Virus record (IMG/VR): IMGVR_UViG_3300020473_002126
Span: 1 to 60,846 of that record
Reading direction: 5' to 3' (one strand)
DNA length: 60,846 nt
DNA from: a virus
Taxonomy: Duplodnaviria > Caudoviricetes
Made by a program: the position numbers and the translations under genes
In this document: piece by piece, positions 1 to 8,102 of the stretch
Layout: each line of letters starts with the position of its first letter
Numbering within the stretch: the stretch's first letter is position 1
Notes under the pieces: generated by a model
The model's database searches: none
What the model was told of the DNA's origin: nothing
The model's input: the letters and a program-made list of their open reading frames with translations, nothing else

Positions 1-228
1 CGGCGCGCAACAGAGAAGTGAAGTGTACAGCTCATTCAATGGCGCGCAGAATATCATAGACGACAGTAAGGCGTGCTGTTCCGTAGTCTTACGGCTAAGA
101 ACAGGGAGAAAGCTCGTGAACGGTGTTACTTACCGGTGTGCTTACATCTAACCCGAAGAGGGGACAGGCCCAAAAGGCTTGATGGTCACGAGCAAGGAAT
201 AAAGAAGTGCTAAGTATTCCACCCTTTT
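1..228 (+). ncRNA. Probable structured non-coding RNA, 3' portion, family not identified
   Basis: More GC-rich than the flanking DNA, with nested helices: CTGTT 76-80/AACAG 100-104, CCGTA 81-85/TACGG 90-94, GCTCGTGA 112-119/TCACGAGC 186-193 enclosing up to four hairpins, GGAATA 196-201/TATTCC 215-220, then CCCTTTT. Strand inferred from G-U pairs and the T run. Confidence 0.55.
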
Positions 229-242
229 AAATTTAAGAAATC

Positions 243-500
243 ATGGATGACGAAGCAGACAAACTACTATTAAAAACAGTAGGCGCTACGGTGACAAAAG
301 TAGCATTATTTATTTGTATTGCAATCGCATCAATTTCATTTTTTCATTCATGTAAACTAGACAAAGAAACAATGTCTGAGTGCAAATCTGTTTGTGGGTC
401 TTCTGGTGGTATTAAAGAAGTCACATATTCAAAATGTATTTGTAATGACTCACAGATGCAAATAAATTCATCTGATGCTTGGGTATTGCCAAGAAAATAA
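243..500 (+). CDS. Small membrane-anchored Cys-rich hypothetical protein
   Basis: N-terminal hydrophobic helix, then CxxxC and CxC motifs. Confidence 0.6.
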   Translation: MDDEADKLLLKTVGATVTKVALFICIAIASISFFHSCKLDKETMSECKSVCGSSGGIKEVTYSKCICNDSQMQINSSDAWVLPRK

Positions 501-541
501 AATAGTTTGACATAATCCCCTATTTATTTTAGGGTGTTACC

Positions 542-1069
542 TTGTTAAAGAAGATTACAAAACTATTTAAAAGAGCAAAAAACTTTATTGCTAATAAAGT
601 AGATCGGCGGATAGTAAAGTGGTATGCAGGTCTTGCTATTTGTATTTCAGGTTTAGAGATTGCGTACTTGAATGGCACTCTAAAAGAGATATATGAAAAT
701 GATCCGACAAAAATTAGCGTTGGAATTTTCTTAATTTTAATCTGGCAAACATTTAAAGCTGGATTTATTCTGTTTGAAAGAAATAGAACAGGTTTTAAGG
801 CTAATAAAGATGCGTTTAAAAAAGACATCGAGTCCGGATGGTTTTGGAGTGATTCTGTTCTATCACTTGGTATGGTGGGAACGGTGATTGGATTTATGTC
901 AATGCTAGCCGGTTTTATAACACTTGATATTGCAGATCCCGAGTCTGTTCAAGGAATAATCGCTCAACTAGGATCGGGAATGGCTACGGCATTAACAACA
1001 ACTCTAGTTGGGTTGATAGCGAGCATCTTGATAAAGGTTCAATTTTTTATGTTAGATAACATGGACTAA
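542..1069 (+). CDS. MotA/TolQ/ExbB proton channel family protein
   Basis: LSLGMVGTVIGF and GMATALTTTLVGLIASIL match the two conserved TM helices of ExbB/TolQ/MotA; TTG start uncertain. Confidence 0.85.
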   Translation: MLKKITKLFKRAKNFIANKVDRRIVKWYAGLAICISGLEIAYLNGTLKEIYENDPTKISVGIFLILIWQTFKAGFILFERNRTGFKANKDAFKKDIESGWFWSDSVLSLGMVGTVIGFMSMLAGFITLDIADPESVQGIIAQLGSGMATALTTTLVGLIASILIKVQFFMLDNMD

Positions 1070-1070
1070 A

Positions 1071-1670
1071 ATGCGTCGATCTTATCATTCAAATACAGCA
1101 TTCTTAGATTTGCTATTCAACACGCTGTTGGGTTTTGTTGCTTTTTTTGCAATAACTCTGATTCACGTAAAAAAAGATGCATCAGACAGCGCTTTAAGTG
1201 AAGTTGAACTTGATTCTCACGTTTTAATAATTGCTTCTTGGCCTGAACATCATACAGATGATATCGATATGTACGTGAAAGACCCTAAGGGTGGGATTGT
1301 TTTCTTTCGAAATAAAGACAACGATATTATGCATTTAGACAGAGATGATTTAGGGAGGGAGGGCGAGTATTACTATGGAAGCGATGAAGAAGATTACGGG
1401 ACTAATAGAGAGATGGTAACTATTAGAAAGAAGTTCCCAGGAGAGTATGTTGTCAATTTACATGCATACACGAAATCAGGTGATGATCCTGTGCCGGTAG
1501 AGGTAAAAGTATACAAAATTAAAGACGGTAGGCTTGTTCATGACGAGTTAATTTTTATAGAACATAGAGGTCAAGAAAAGACAGCTATAAGACTAGATGT
1601 CAAAGAAGACGGAAGTGTTTTGATAAAAGAGCCTCGATATCTACCTATTGCAAGAGACATCGTGAGGTAG
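1071..1670 (+). CDS. ExbD/TolR/MotB-type anchored protein with YfaP/DUF2135-like beta domain
   Basis: Single N-terminal TM with Asp (AFLDLLFNTLLGF); WxxxxxDDIDMYVKDP, LDRDDLG, NREMVTI, PGEYVVNLHAY pattern. Confidence 0.7.
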   Translation: MRRSYHSNTAFLDLLFNTLLGFVAFFAITLIHVKKDASDSALSEVELDSHVLIIASWPEHHTDDIDMYVKDPKGGIVFFRNKDNDIMHLDRDDLGREGEYYYGSDEEDYGTNREMVTIRKKFPGEYVVNLHAYTKSGDDPVPVEVKVYKIKDGRLVHDELIFIEHRGQEKTAIRLDVKEDGSVLIKEPRYLPIARDIVR

Positions 1671-1672
1671 AC

Positions 1673-2179
1673 GTGCTATTTCCAATGTATATCGCTTTAC
1701 TTTCGGCAGCTGTCATAGGCATGATTGCTATGCCTACAAAGAAACACACGTTCAAGACGTTGGTGTTGATAACTCTTTTAAGTCACGGTTACTTGACAAC
1801 TTATGCTACACTAAAAGAAATTAGCGGATATCCTACTAATGACGACCTTCCAGAAGAATTTGAGATAGTTTGGGCAAAGGTTGAAGAAAGCGGAGATGAA
1901 AAGTTTATTGAAATATGGGTTAAGTATGACACTGACTTTCATGAAAGAATTTATTCTAAGTTTTCTCTTGCGCGCTTGCCCAGTCAAGTTTCAAGAGTTC
2001 ACATACTTCCATACACAGAAGAAAACCATGAGTTTGTAGAGACTACTCAAGAAAAAATCATTGCGGGACAAAAAGTGGGCGTGATAATTGAGCCGGGTCA
2101 GGAAAATGAAGAAGTAGACTTGAGAAAATCTCAAGAACAGTATCAGATTCAGTATGAAAATAACAAGATAGCGAAATAA
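1673..2179 (+). CDS. Membrane-anchored hypothetical protein, third gene of the MotA-like cassette
   Basis: Two N-terminal hydrophobic segments and an acidic soluble domain; 2 nt after the preceding gene. Confidence 0.7.
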   Translation: MLFPMYIALLSAAVIGMIAMPTKKHTFKTLVLITLLSHGYLTTYATLKEISGYPTNDDLPEEFEIVWAKVEESGDEKFIEIWVKYDTDFHERIYSKFSLARLPSQVSRVHILPYTEENHEFVETTQEKIIAGQKVGVIIEPGQENEEVDLRKSQEQYQIQYENNKIAK

Positions 2180-2187
2180 ATAATTTT

Positions 2188-2787
2188 ATGCAGAAACCCA
2201 CAATGCAAAATAAAAATGTCTTTACATTGTTAAAGGAAAATACGGGTCTAGTTTCAGAGGGTTTGTTGTATCACCTGGAAAAAGAAATTCCTATTAGTGA
2301 AAACATCTACAGACCTGGATCAGATAATTTTTTCAAACTATTTAGAGAGGTCAGAAATCTTCACAGACATGGTCTCTATGAACTAGATGAATCAGAAATA
2401 TACTTTATTGAAGAATTAGACATTGGAGAATTTGGGATTTATGAAGGTGAGTCTGTACCCTTAGATTTTCCACTCTTAGAGGTTAATGAATTAGATGAGG
2501 CCAAATACAAGGGTCGAAAAGTCAAGCTTGGTAAAAAGGGTGCAAAAAGATCAAAGGGAGGAAAAGCTCACGTTTACGTCAGAGATCCAAAGTCAGGAAA
2601 TGTGAGAAAGATACCTTTTGGATCATCTATGCCCGATGCTATGGGAGATAGTCCAGAGCACAAGAAACGCAGAAAGAGTTTTGGTGATAGACACGGTTGT
2701 GCTAAAAAGAAAGACAAGACCAAAGCTGGATATTGGGCATGCAGAGCAACAAAAATGTTTGGTAGGAACATACCCGGGTGGTGGTAA
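2188..2787 (+). CDS. Putative internal head protein with basic C-terminal domain
   Basis: Acidic N-half with LxE/IxE motifs, switching at LDE to AKYKGRKVKL...RRKSFGDRHGC...AGYWAC, a domain type recalled from marine T4-like phages. Confidence 0.6.
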   Translation: MQKPTMQNKNVFTLLKENTGLVSEGLLYHLEKEIPISENIYRPGSDNFFKLFREVRNLHRHGLYELDESEIYFIEELDIGEFGIYEGESVPLDFPLLEVNELDEAKYKGRKVKLGKKGAKRSKGGKAHVYVRDPKSGNVRKIPFGSSMPDAMGDSPEHKKRRKSFGDRHGCAKKKDKTKAGYWACRATKMFGRNIPGWW

Positions 2788-3587
2788 TGAGCGTTTATCC
2801 GTTTAAAGAAGCAGTAATTTCTGAGAGTCTGAAGATCAGATTATTTGACAAGTCAGTAAGTATCGACGATCTTGTTTGGCATAGAGATGAAAACTGTCGC
2901 GTCATAGAAGTAGTCTCAGGGAATGGCTGGTCTTTTCAAAGAGACAATGAGTTGCCTACTAGTTTGAAAGAAGGTGATGTTTTCAACATTGAAAAAGAAT
3001 CATGGCATAGACTGATAAAAGGCGAAGATGATCTGGTGTTGATGATTTCAGAGAAGAAAAAGAAAAAGCAGAAAAAACTCCCTTCTCAATATGATGCTCC
3101 TCCGAAAAGCAAAAGAGCTAAACTACTTAAAAAAGCATCTGACCTCTATAAGAAAGGTGATATAAAGGGCGCTGCTAGAATCAGACAAAATATGGAGAAA
3201 AAGCACATGGGCGAATCAGTTCGCTTACTAGAAGCAGATGAACTCAAAGGGATGATTTACGATATCACAGAAGAGATCAAGCTTGATGAAGTGCTTAATG
3301 AAGTAGAGAAAATTCTCCAAGAAAAGAAGAGAAAGAAGAGCGGTAAATCACCCAAAGGATTGTCCAAGGCGGTAAAGAAATCTCTTGATAAAAAGGCAGA
3401 TCGACGATGCCTAACACGGGGATCCGTCTATTCAGAGTTTAGAAAGGGGCTTTCCGCCTTTCTTTCATCCGGATCAAGAAAAGGAATGACAGCCCACCAA
3501 TGGGCCCATGCGCGCGTTAACTCAGCACAGCCAAGTAAAAAGTGGGCAACAGTTAAGAAGAGAAAGAAGTGTCCAAAGAAGAAATGA
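2787..3587 (+). CDS. Putative processed virion polyprotein: cupin-like N-terminal domain plus basic domains
   Basis: ATG 2787 overlaps the upstream TAA; LVWHRD...WHRLIKG cupin-like His motifs; C-terminal RKGLSAF...QWAHARVNS; Lys runs follow ISE and LQE. Confidence 0.6.
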   Translation: MSVYPFKEAVISESLKIRLFDKSVSIDDLVWHRDENCRVIEVVSGNGWSFQRDNELPTSLKEGDVFNIEKESWHRLIKGEDDLVLMISEKKKKKQKKLPSQYDAPPKSKRAKLLKKASDLYKKGDIKGAARIRQNMEKKHMGESVRLLEADELKGMIYDITEEIKLDEVLNEVEKILQEKKRKKSGKSPKGLSKAVKKSLDKKADRRCLTRGSVYSEFRKGLSAFLSSGSRKGMTAHQWAHARVNSAQPSKKWATVKKRKKCPKKK

Positions 3588-3592
3588 TTTTA

Positions 3593-3621
3593 GTGTAACT
3601 AATACTTCCCTATGTTATAAT
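3593..3621 (+). promoter_or_regulatory. Sigma70-type promoter upstream of uvsE
   Basis: GTGTAA-17 bp-TATAAT with extended -10 TG; AGGAG Shine-Dalgarno before ATG 3645. Confidence 0.65.
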
Positions 3622-3644
3622 AAAAGAGTATCATAGGAGATTTT

Positions 3645-4565
3645 ATGACAGTTAGACTAGGTTATGCTTGTATTAACATGAGCCTCCAAGAAAGGCGCCC
3701 TGGAAAGGTTACATGCAACAGAGGTATGATTAGGCGCACATTTTTAGCCAAGGGTGCAGAATACGCTTCACAGCTTGCATTGCTCAACTCTCTTGATCTT
3801 ATCAAGATTATTGCATGGAACAACGAGCAAGGGATAAAGGTGTTCAGGATGACATCATGCCTATTTCCATGGATGTCCGAGTATGAACTAGAAGATCTTC
3901 CTGATTATGAAGGCATCAAGGCAAATCTAGAATATGCAGGTAGAATTGCTCGAGAGAACAATCAGCGACTTTCTTTTCACCCTGGGCCGTTTAATATTCT
4001 ATCTTCCCCCAAGGAAAAGGTTGTCCAGTCTTCTTTGCTAGATCTGACCCGTCACGGTGAGATCATGGACCTGCTTGGTCAGCCGCGTAGCCACTGGGCC
4101 AAGATTAACATCCACCTGGGTGCTGCGTACGGTGATCGTGAAGGATCGATCGATCGATGGTGTAGAAACTTTGAGTTGCTTCCTGACTCTGTCAAGACTC
4201 GTCTCACACTAGAGAACGACGACCGTGGAAATCTCTACTCGACAAAGATGCTTTACGACGGTGTCTACAAGCGACTCGGTGTTCCCATTGTCTTTGACTC
4301 TCATCACTTCGAGTGCGGTCCGCAGGACACGCCGTACGACGAGGCAATTGGCATGGCTGTGGAAACGTGGCCTGATGGTATCACGCCACAGTGTCACCAC
4401 TCAAACTCCAAGCGCGACTACGAAGATCCAACAGTGGCCAAGTCTGCTCACAGCGCTTATTACTACAAACCCTTCGAAAGCTGTGGGCACACAGTCGATG
4501 TTGTACTAGAAGCGAAGGCGAAAGAACGTGCATTGTTCAAGTATATGAGAGACTTTTGTGCTTGA
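3645..4565 (+). CDS. uvsE: UV DNA damage endonuclease UvsE/UvdE
   Basis: RLGYAC, FRMTSCLFP, RLSFHPGPF, INIHLG, RLTLENDD, VFDSHH, LEAKAKE motifs. Confidence 0.95.
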   Translation: MTVRLGYACINMSLQERRPGKVTCNRGMIRRTFLAKGAEYASQLALLNSLDLIKIIAWNNEQGIKVFRMTSCLFPWMSEYELEDLPDYEGIKANLEYAGRIARENNQRLSFHPGPFNILSSPKEKVVQSSLLDLTRHGEIMDLLGQPRSHWAKINIHLGAAYGDREGSIDRWCRNFELLPDSVKTRLTLENDDRGNLYSTKMLYDGVYKRLGVPIVFDSHHFECGPQDTPYDEAIGMAVETWPDGITPQCHHSNSKRDYEDPTVAKSAHSAYYYKPFESCGHTVDVVLEAKAKERALFKYMRDFCA

Positions 4566-4845
4566 GGGTGATCTAGTTGGCATTTGGGATTATGTGAGCA
4601 ACAAAGAGCGGTTCGGGGTTATCTGTAAAATTGATCAAGATCGAGTAGTAGTTCAAGTAGATTCTGCTTTTCATTCTATCCCCAGAGGCTATGTTCACAA
4701 GCCGGGAACAGCAAAACCTAAAACAGCTGAAGAGACTATAAAGAAGGCATTTTGGTCAATACAAGGGAGGTGGTGTAGATTAAATGTCCATGGTGAGCCC
4801 ATAGTTAACATAGAGCAGCCTGGTTTACATGAGGATGTTTTCTAA
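4558..4845 (+). CDS. Hypothetical protein
   Basis: Overlaps the uvsE stop; GTG start preceded by GAGA. Confidence 0.55.
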   Translation: MLEGDLVGIWDYVSNKERFGVICKIDQDRVVVQVDSAFHSIPRGYVHKPGTAKPKTAEETIKKAFWSIQGRWCRLNVHGEPIVNIEQPGLHEDVF

Positions 4846-4911
4846 TCAAAAACATACGTATAATATCATTTATCAGTTTAGTGATCAACAGAAGTCATCC
4901 TAGAGGACATT

Positions 4912-5094
4912 ATGAATTTATTTAAAAAGCTAGTGACGTGGAGAAAACCACCGGAAACTTATGTAATAGAAGAAGAAGATCAGATTACAGATGAGATTGA
5001 AAAATCTCTTTGGGATCTTAAAAATTCAATGGATCTTCCCACAGAAGAAGTAGAAAAAGCTGTTCTTTCTCGAAAGGAAGCAAAATCTAAGTAG
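4912..5094 (+). CDS. Small acidic hypothetical protein
   Basis: GAGGA Shine-Dalgarno; TATAAT at 4859-4864 upstream. Confidence 0.6.
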   Translation: MNLFKKLVTWRKPPETYVIEEEDQITDEIEKSLWDLKNSMDLPTEEVEKAVLSRKEAKSK

Positions 5095-5103
5095 TTTCCT
5101 GCT

Positions 5104-5132
5104 TTTACAAGGCAGTTTTATTGCCATAAAAT
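5104..5132 (+). promoter_or_regulatory. Sigma70-type promoter for the tubulin-like gene
   Basis: TTTACA-17 bp-TAAAAT; the spacer contains the short inverted repeat GGCA...TGCC. Confidence 0.6.
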
Positions 5133-5137
5133 TTACT

Positions 5138-6349
5138 ATGGCTAGTACTATAAAAAAATCAACAATGACGAAGGAGCACAAAAGATATCTTGCGGCTTCT
5201 AAAAATAGTAGTACAAAAGTTAAGACTAATCATGAAGAAGTTAAAAAACTTAACGAAGAGATTAGTTATATAGACGAAGACATTAATAATTCAGAGGAGA
5301 ATAGTATGTCACAAGATTTTGACGATTTTGATTTTGTGAGTCATTTTGATGAGAATGCCGAGGTGGGTAGCGATGAGTTACTACCAGAAAACGAAGCACC
5401 CAGTTCATTAAACTGCGCTTTTATCGGACTAGGTGGAGGAGGTGGAAAACTTGCTAAATCTTTTCTTGATCTAGGTTTTAACAAGACTATTTTAGTAAAC
5501 ACGACTGAAAAAGATCAACCTAGCGGTGTAGATCCAGATCATTTTTTGCTGATTCCAGGTGCTGACGGTGTTGGTAAAAATGTTGAATTAGGCGAAGGCG
5601 TGCTTTCTGAGAACTCTACACTTGTCGAAGATGCGCTCAGAACAAAAATAGGTAAGGTTGACTGGATTTTCGTATGCTCAGGTGGCGGAGGCGGAACAGG
5701 CAGTTCAGCAGGCGTCCTTCATGAATCTTTTGAGCGCCATTTAAAATCAGTCCAGGGTGAAGGCAGGGTTGTTTATATTATATCAACACCGACTGCTCAA
5801 GAACTTCTAAACCCTACAATCAAGCAGAATTCAAAACACCTGAGCGACGCTGTTAGTAGTCATCCACACATCGTCTTAGATAACGAGAAGCAATTAAAGT
5901 TACTAAGAGGAAAAGTAGGGATGCTCGACATGTATCCGGCTGCGAACAAAGCGTTTGCCAAGATGCTGTCCCAGGTTTTAAAGCTTTCTAGTGAGTCTTC
6001 AACTGTTCAGACTTTTGACTCAAAAGATCTTGAAGCATGTCTAAAATCACCTGGGCGAATCTTTGTAGGAACGTCTATCGTTAGAGACGCATCTCAAAGA
6101 GGGTTGGGTTCAATTATTTTTCAAAGTTGCCTAAAAGGCTCACCTTGCCAGTCCGTCAATGGAAAAGGATCTGCTGGTGCTTTGGTTTTAGTCGCACCTT
6201 CCAATATTTTAGATGACGCTGCTATTAGCAATCACCTAGAATCAGCGATCTCTTATGTGGGCGGCAGAGTAGACACACTATTTTCAGGTGTCTATGTAAA
6301 TGACAATGCGCCTGGACTAATTTCAATTATGATGGTTTGCGGTTTATAA
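5138..6349 (+). CDS. Tubulin/FtsZ family GTPase (PhuZ/TubZ-like); alternative start at 5306
   Basis: FIGLGGGGGK, VNT, GADGVGKN, SGGGGGTGS signature loop, LDNE, and T7-loop-like TFDSKD. Confidence 0.9.
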   Translation: MASTIKKSTMTKEHKRYLAASKNSSTKVKTNHEEVKKLNEEISYIDEDINNSEENSMSQDFDDFDFVSHFDENAEVGSDELLPENEAPSSLNCAFIGLGGGGGKLAKSFLDLGFNKTILVNTTEKDQPSGVDPDHFLLIPGADGVGKNVELGEGVLSENSTLVEDALRTKIGKVDWIFVCSGGGGGTGSSAGVLHESFERHLKSVQGEGRVVYIISTPTAQELLNPTIKQNSKHLSDAVSSHPHIVLDNEKQLKLLRGKVGMLDMYPAANKAFAKMLSQVLKLSSESSTVQTFDSKDLEACLKSPGRIFVGTSIVRDASQRGLGSIIFQSCLKGSPCQSVNGKGSAGALVLVAPSNILDDAAISNHLESAISYVGGRVDTLFSGVYVNDNAPGLISIMMVCGL

Positions 6350-6366
6350 AAATAAAAATAGACTAT

Positions 6367-6399
6367 AAAAGCCCTGCCTTGTGCAGGGCTTTTTCTTTT
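6367..6399. terminator. Bidirectional rho-independent terminator
   Basis: AAAAGCCCTGC-cttgt-GCAGGGCTTTT followed by TCTTTT, between convergent genes. Confidence 0.9.
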
Positions 6400-6409
6400 G
6401 CGTAGATAT

Positions 6410-6673
6410 TTATGTCATGTATGTCTTGGATAATTGATTTGCATCCTTTAGTTTCGACAAGATCTTTTTTTCTATTTGACATACCCTCATTCTTGTGATG
6501 TTAAAAATTTCGCCTACCTCTTGCAAAGTTTTCGGACCTTTTTCTGATTCTATCAATGCGCAGTTCAGCGATTCAGGCATGTCTAACCATAATCGACAGT
6601 CCTTGTTGTCACAAGATACTTGGCATTCTTGGTGTGCTTTAAAGCACGTGATGCCTTTTATTATTTCTTCCAT
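6410..6673 (-). CDS. Cys-rich protein with sigma70 region 4 helix-turn-helix
   Basis: KTLQEVGEIFNITRMRVCQIEKKILSKL matches region 4.2; N-terminal CFxxH-C-C-C-NC; start moved to MEEII, which has an AAGGA Shine-Dalgarno. Confidence 0.8.
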   Translation of the reverse strand: MEEIIKGITCFKAHQECQVSCDNKDCRLWLDMPESLNCALIESEKGPKTLQEVGEIFNITRMRVCQIEKKILSKLKDANQLSKTYMT

Positions 6674-6750
6674 TTGTGTAAAATCCTTAATGATGTGCCT
6701 ACAAGTATTAAAATGCATGAATTGGAACATGTACAAAATGGAGTACTAGC

Positions 6751-8058
6751 GTGAGTAAAACACAAAAAAGAAAAACATTTATAGTTGACACTAATGTGCT
6801 GCTTTATGACAAAACCTCTATACACTCATTTCCAGGAGCAAAAGTAGTACTGCCGCTGACAGTATTAGATGAACTAGATAGGTTTAAAGATAAACCCGGC
6901 CTATTGGGTGAATCAGCCAGATATGTCAATAGGTTCTTAGATGAAGTTCGAAAAAGCGGTTCACTAACCGAGGGTGTCTTTATTGAAGATATCGATCAGA
7001 TAATAAAGGTGGAATTCAATAATGTAGAATTACTACCTGCTGATTTAAATCATACTACAGGTGACAACAAGATACTGGGTGTAGCATTACAACTAGCTAG
7101 AAATGAAGATATCACGGTAATCACAAAAGATATTAACTTTAGAGTAAAGTGCGATGTTCTAAAAATACCGTCAGAAGATTATTACAAAGATCATATCAGT
7201 AATCTAGACAATATGGATGACCTCTACTCTGGTCAAGACGAAGTATCAGTTGGAAAAGATCAGATTGATGATTTCTTTGCAGATGAAAAAATTCCTGCAC
7301 CTGAAATAGAAGGGAGTGAGTATCATGAAAATCAATTTTTCGTTCTAAAATCAAATTCGTGCAAAGCATCCGCTCTAGCAAAATATCAAAAAGGAGATTT
7401 GGTAGCTGTAAAACCCACTATAAATGATATGGTTAAAGTGAAACCTAGAAATAAGGAGCAAAAATTTGCTTTAGAGTTGCTTACTAATGATAAAATACAG
7501 TTAGTAACTATTACAGGTATTGCCGGGTCTGGCAAGACATTCTTAACTCTCATGAGTGCTCTTTCTGGGATCTATAGCGAAAGATACAATAGAATTGTCA
7601 TAACAAGATCTATGCAGCCTGTAGGTAAAGAAATAGGCTTCTTGCCCGGGACACTTGATGAAAAAATGTCCCCGTGGATGTCTCCCATTGTTGATAATTT
7701 TAGATGCAACTTCAAAGATATCACATATTTTGAAATGATGTGCCAAAAAAGACAAATTGAGGTTGCTCCTTTGACTTATATGAGAGGTAGAACTTTTAAT
7801 GATGCTTTTATTATTGTTGATGAAGCACAAAATGCTACAATTCATGAATTGAAAACTATTATTACTAGAGTAGGGGACAATTCTAAGGTTGTCCTCTTAG
7901 GTGATGTAGAGCAGATTGATACCCCCTATATTGATAAGCTGTCAAATGGTCTTTCTATTGTGACTGAAAAGTTCAAAGAATCCGAAATAACCGGCCACAT
8001 ACGGCTAGAAAAGGGTGAGCGATCACCATTAGCTACATTAGCATCAAAAGTTCTCTGA
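6751..8058 (+). CDS. phoH: PhoH-family ATPase with N-terminal PIN domain (PhoH2/YlaK type)
   Basis: VDTNVLL, ELD, DNKIL and TKDINFRVK PIN motifs; GIAGSGKT, IGFLPG, YMRGRTF, DEAQN, GDVEQID. Confidence 0.95.
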   Translation: MSKTQKRKTFIVDTNVLLYDKTSIHSFPGAKVVLPLTVLDELDRFKDKPGLLGESARYVNRFLDEVRKSGSLTEGVFIEDIDQIIKVEFNNVELLPADLNHTTGDNKILGVALQLARNEDITVITKDINFRVKCDVLKIPSEDYYKDHISNLDNMDDLYSGQDEVSVGKDQIDDFFADEKIPAPEIEGSEYHENQFFVLKSNSCKASALAKYQKGDLVAVKPTINDMVKVKPRNKEQKFALELLTNDKIQLVTITGIAGSGKTFLTLMSALSGIYSERYNRIVITRSMQPVGKEIGFLPGTLDEKMSPWMSPIVDNFRCNFKDITYFEMMCQKRQIEVAPLTYMRGRTFNDAFIIVDEAQNATIHELKTIITRVGDNSKVVLLGDVEQIDTPYIDKLSNGLSIVTEKFKESEITGHIRLEKGERSPLATLASKVL

Positions 8059-8076
8059 CTTCATTTAATGAGCTTA

Positions 8077-8084
8077 ATACTTAT
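8077..8084 (+). promoter_or_regulatory. Candidate phage late promoter ATACTTAT
   Basis: Intergenic, 26 nt before the first gene of the fibre operon; same or similar 8-mer at 33848, 44244 and 51656. Confidence 0.45.
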
Positions 8085-8102
8085 CTTAAAGGAGCTTGAC
8101 AA

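Noticed and set aside
2-150. Open frame 2 at the window start (GAQQRSEVYSS...CAYI*)
   Set aside because: Short, no recognisable motif, and overlaps dense base-pairing. RNA is preferred, but a gene 3' end cannot be excluded without upstream sequence.
542-2179. Zorya anti-phage system
   Set aside because: The MotA-like protein lacks the long ZorA tail, the partner lacks an OmpA-like domain, and no ZorC/D/E genes are adjacent
4143-4158. GATC tandem run (GATCGATCGATCGAT)
   Set aside because: Lies inside uvsE and encodes GSIDRW; too short to be a functional repeat
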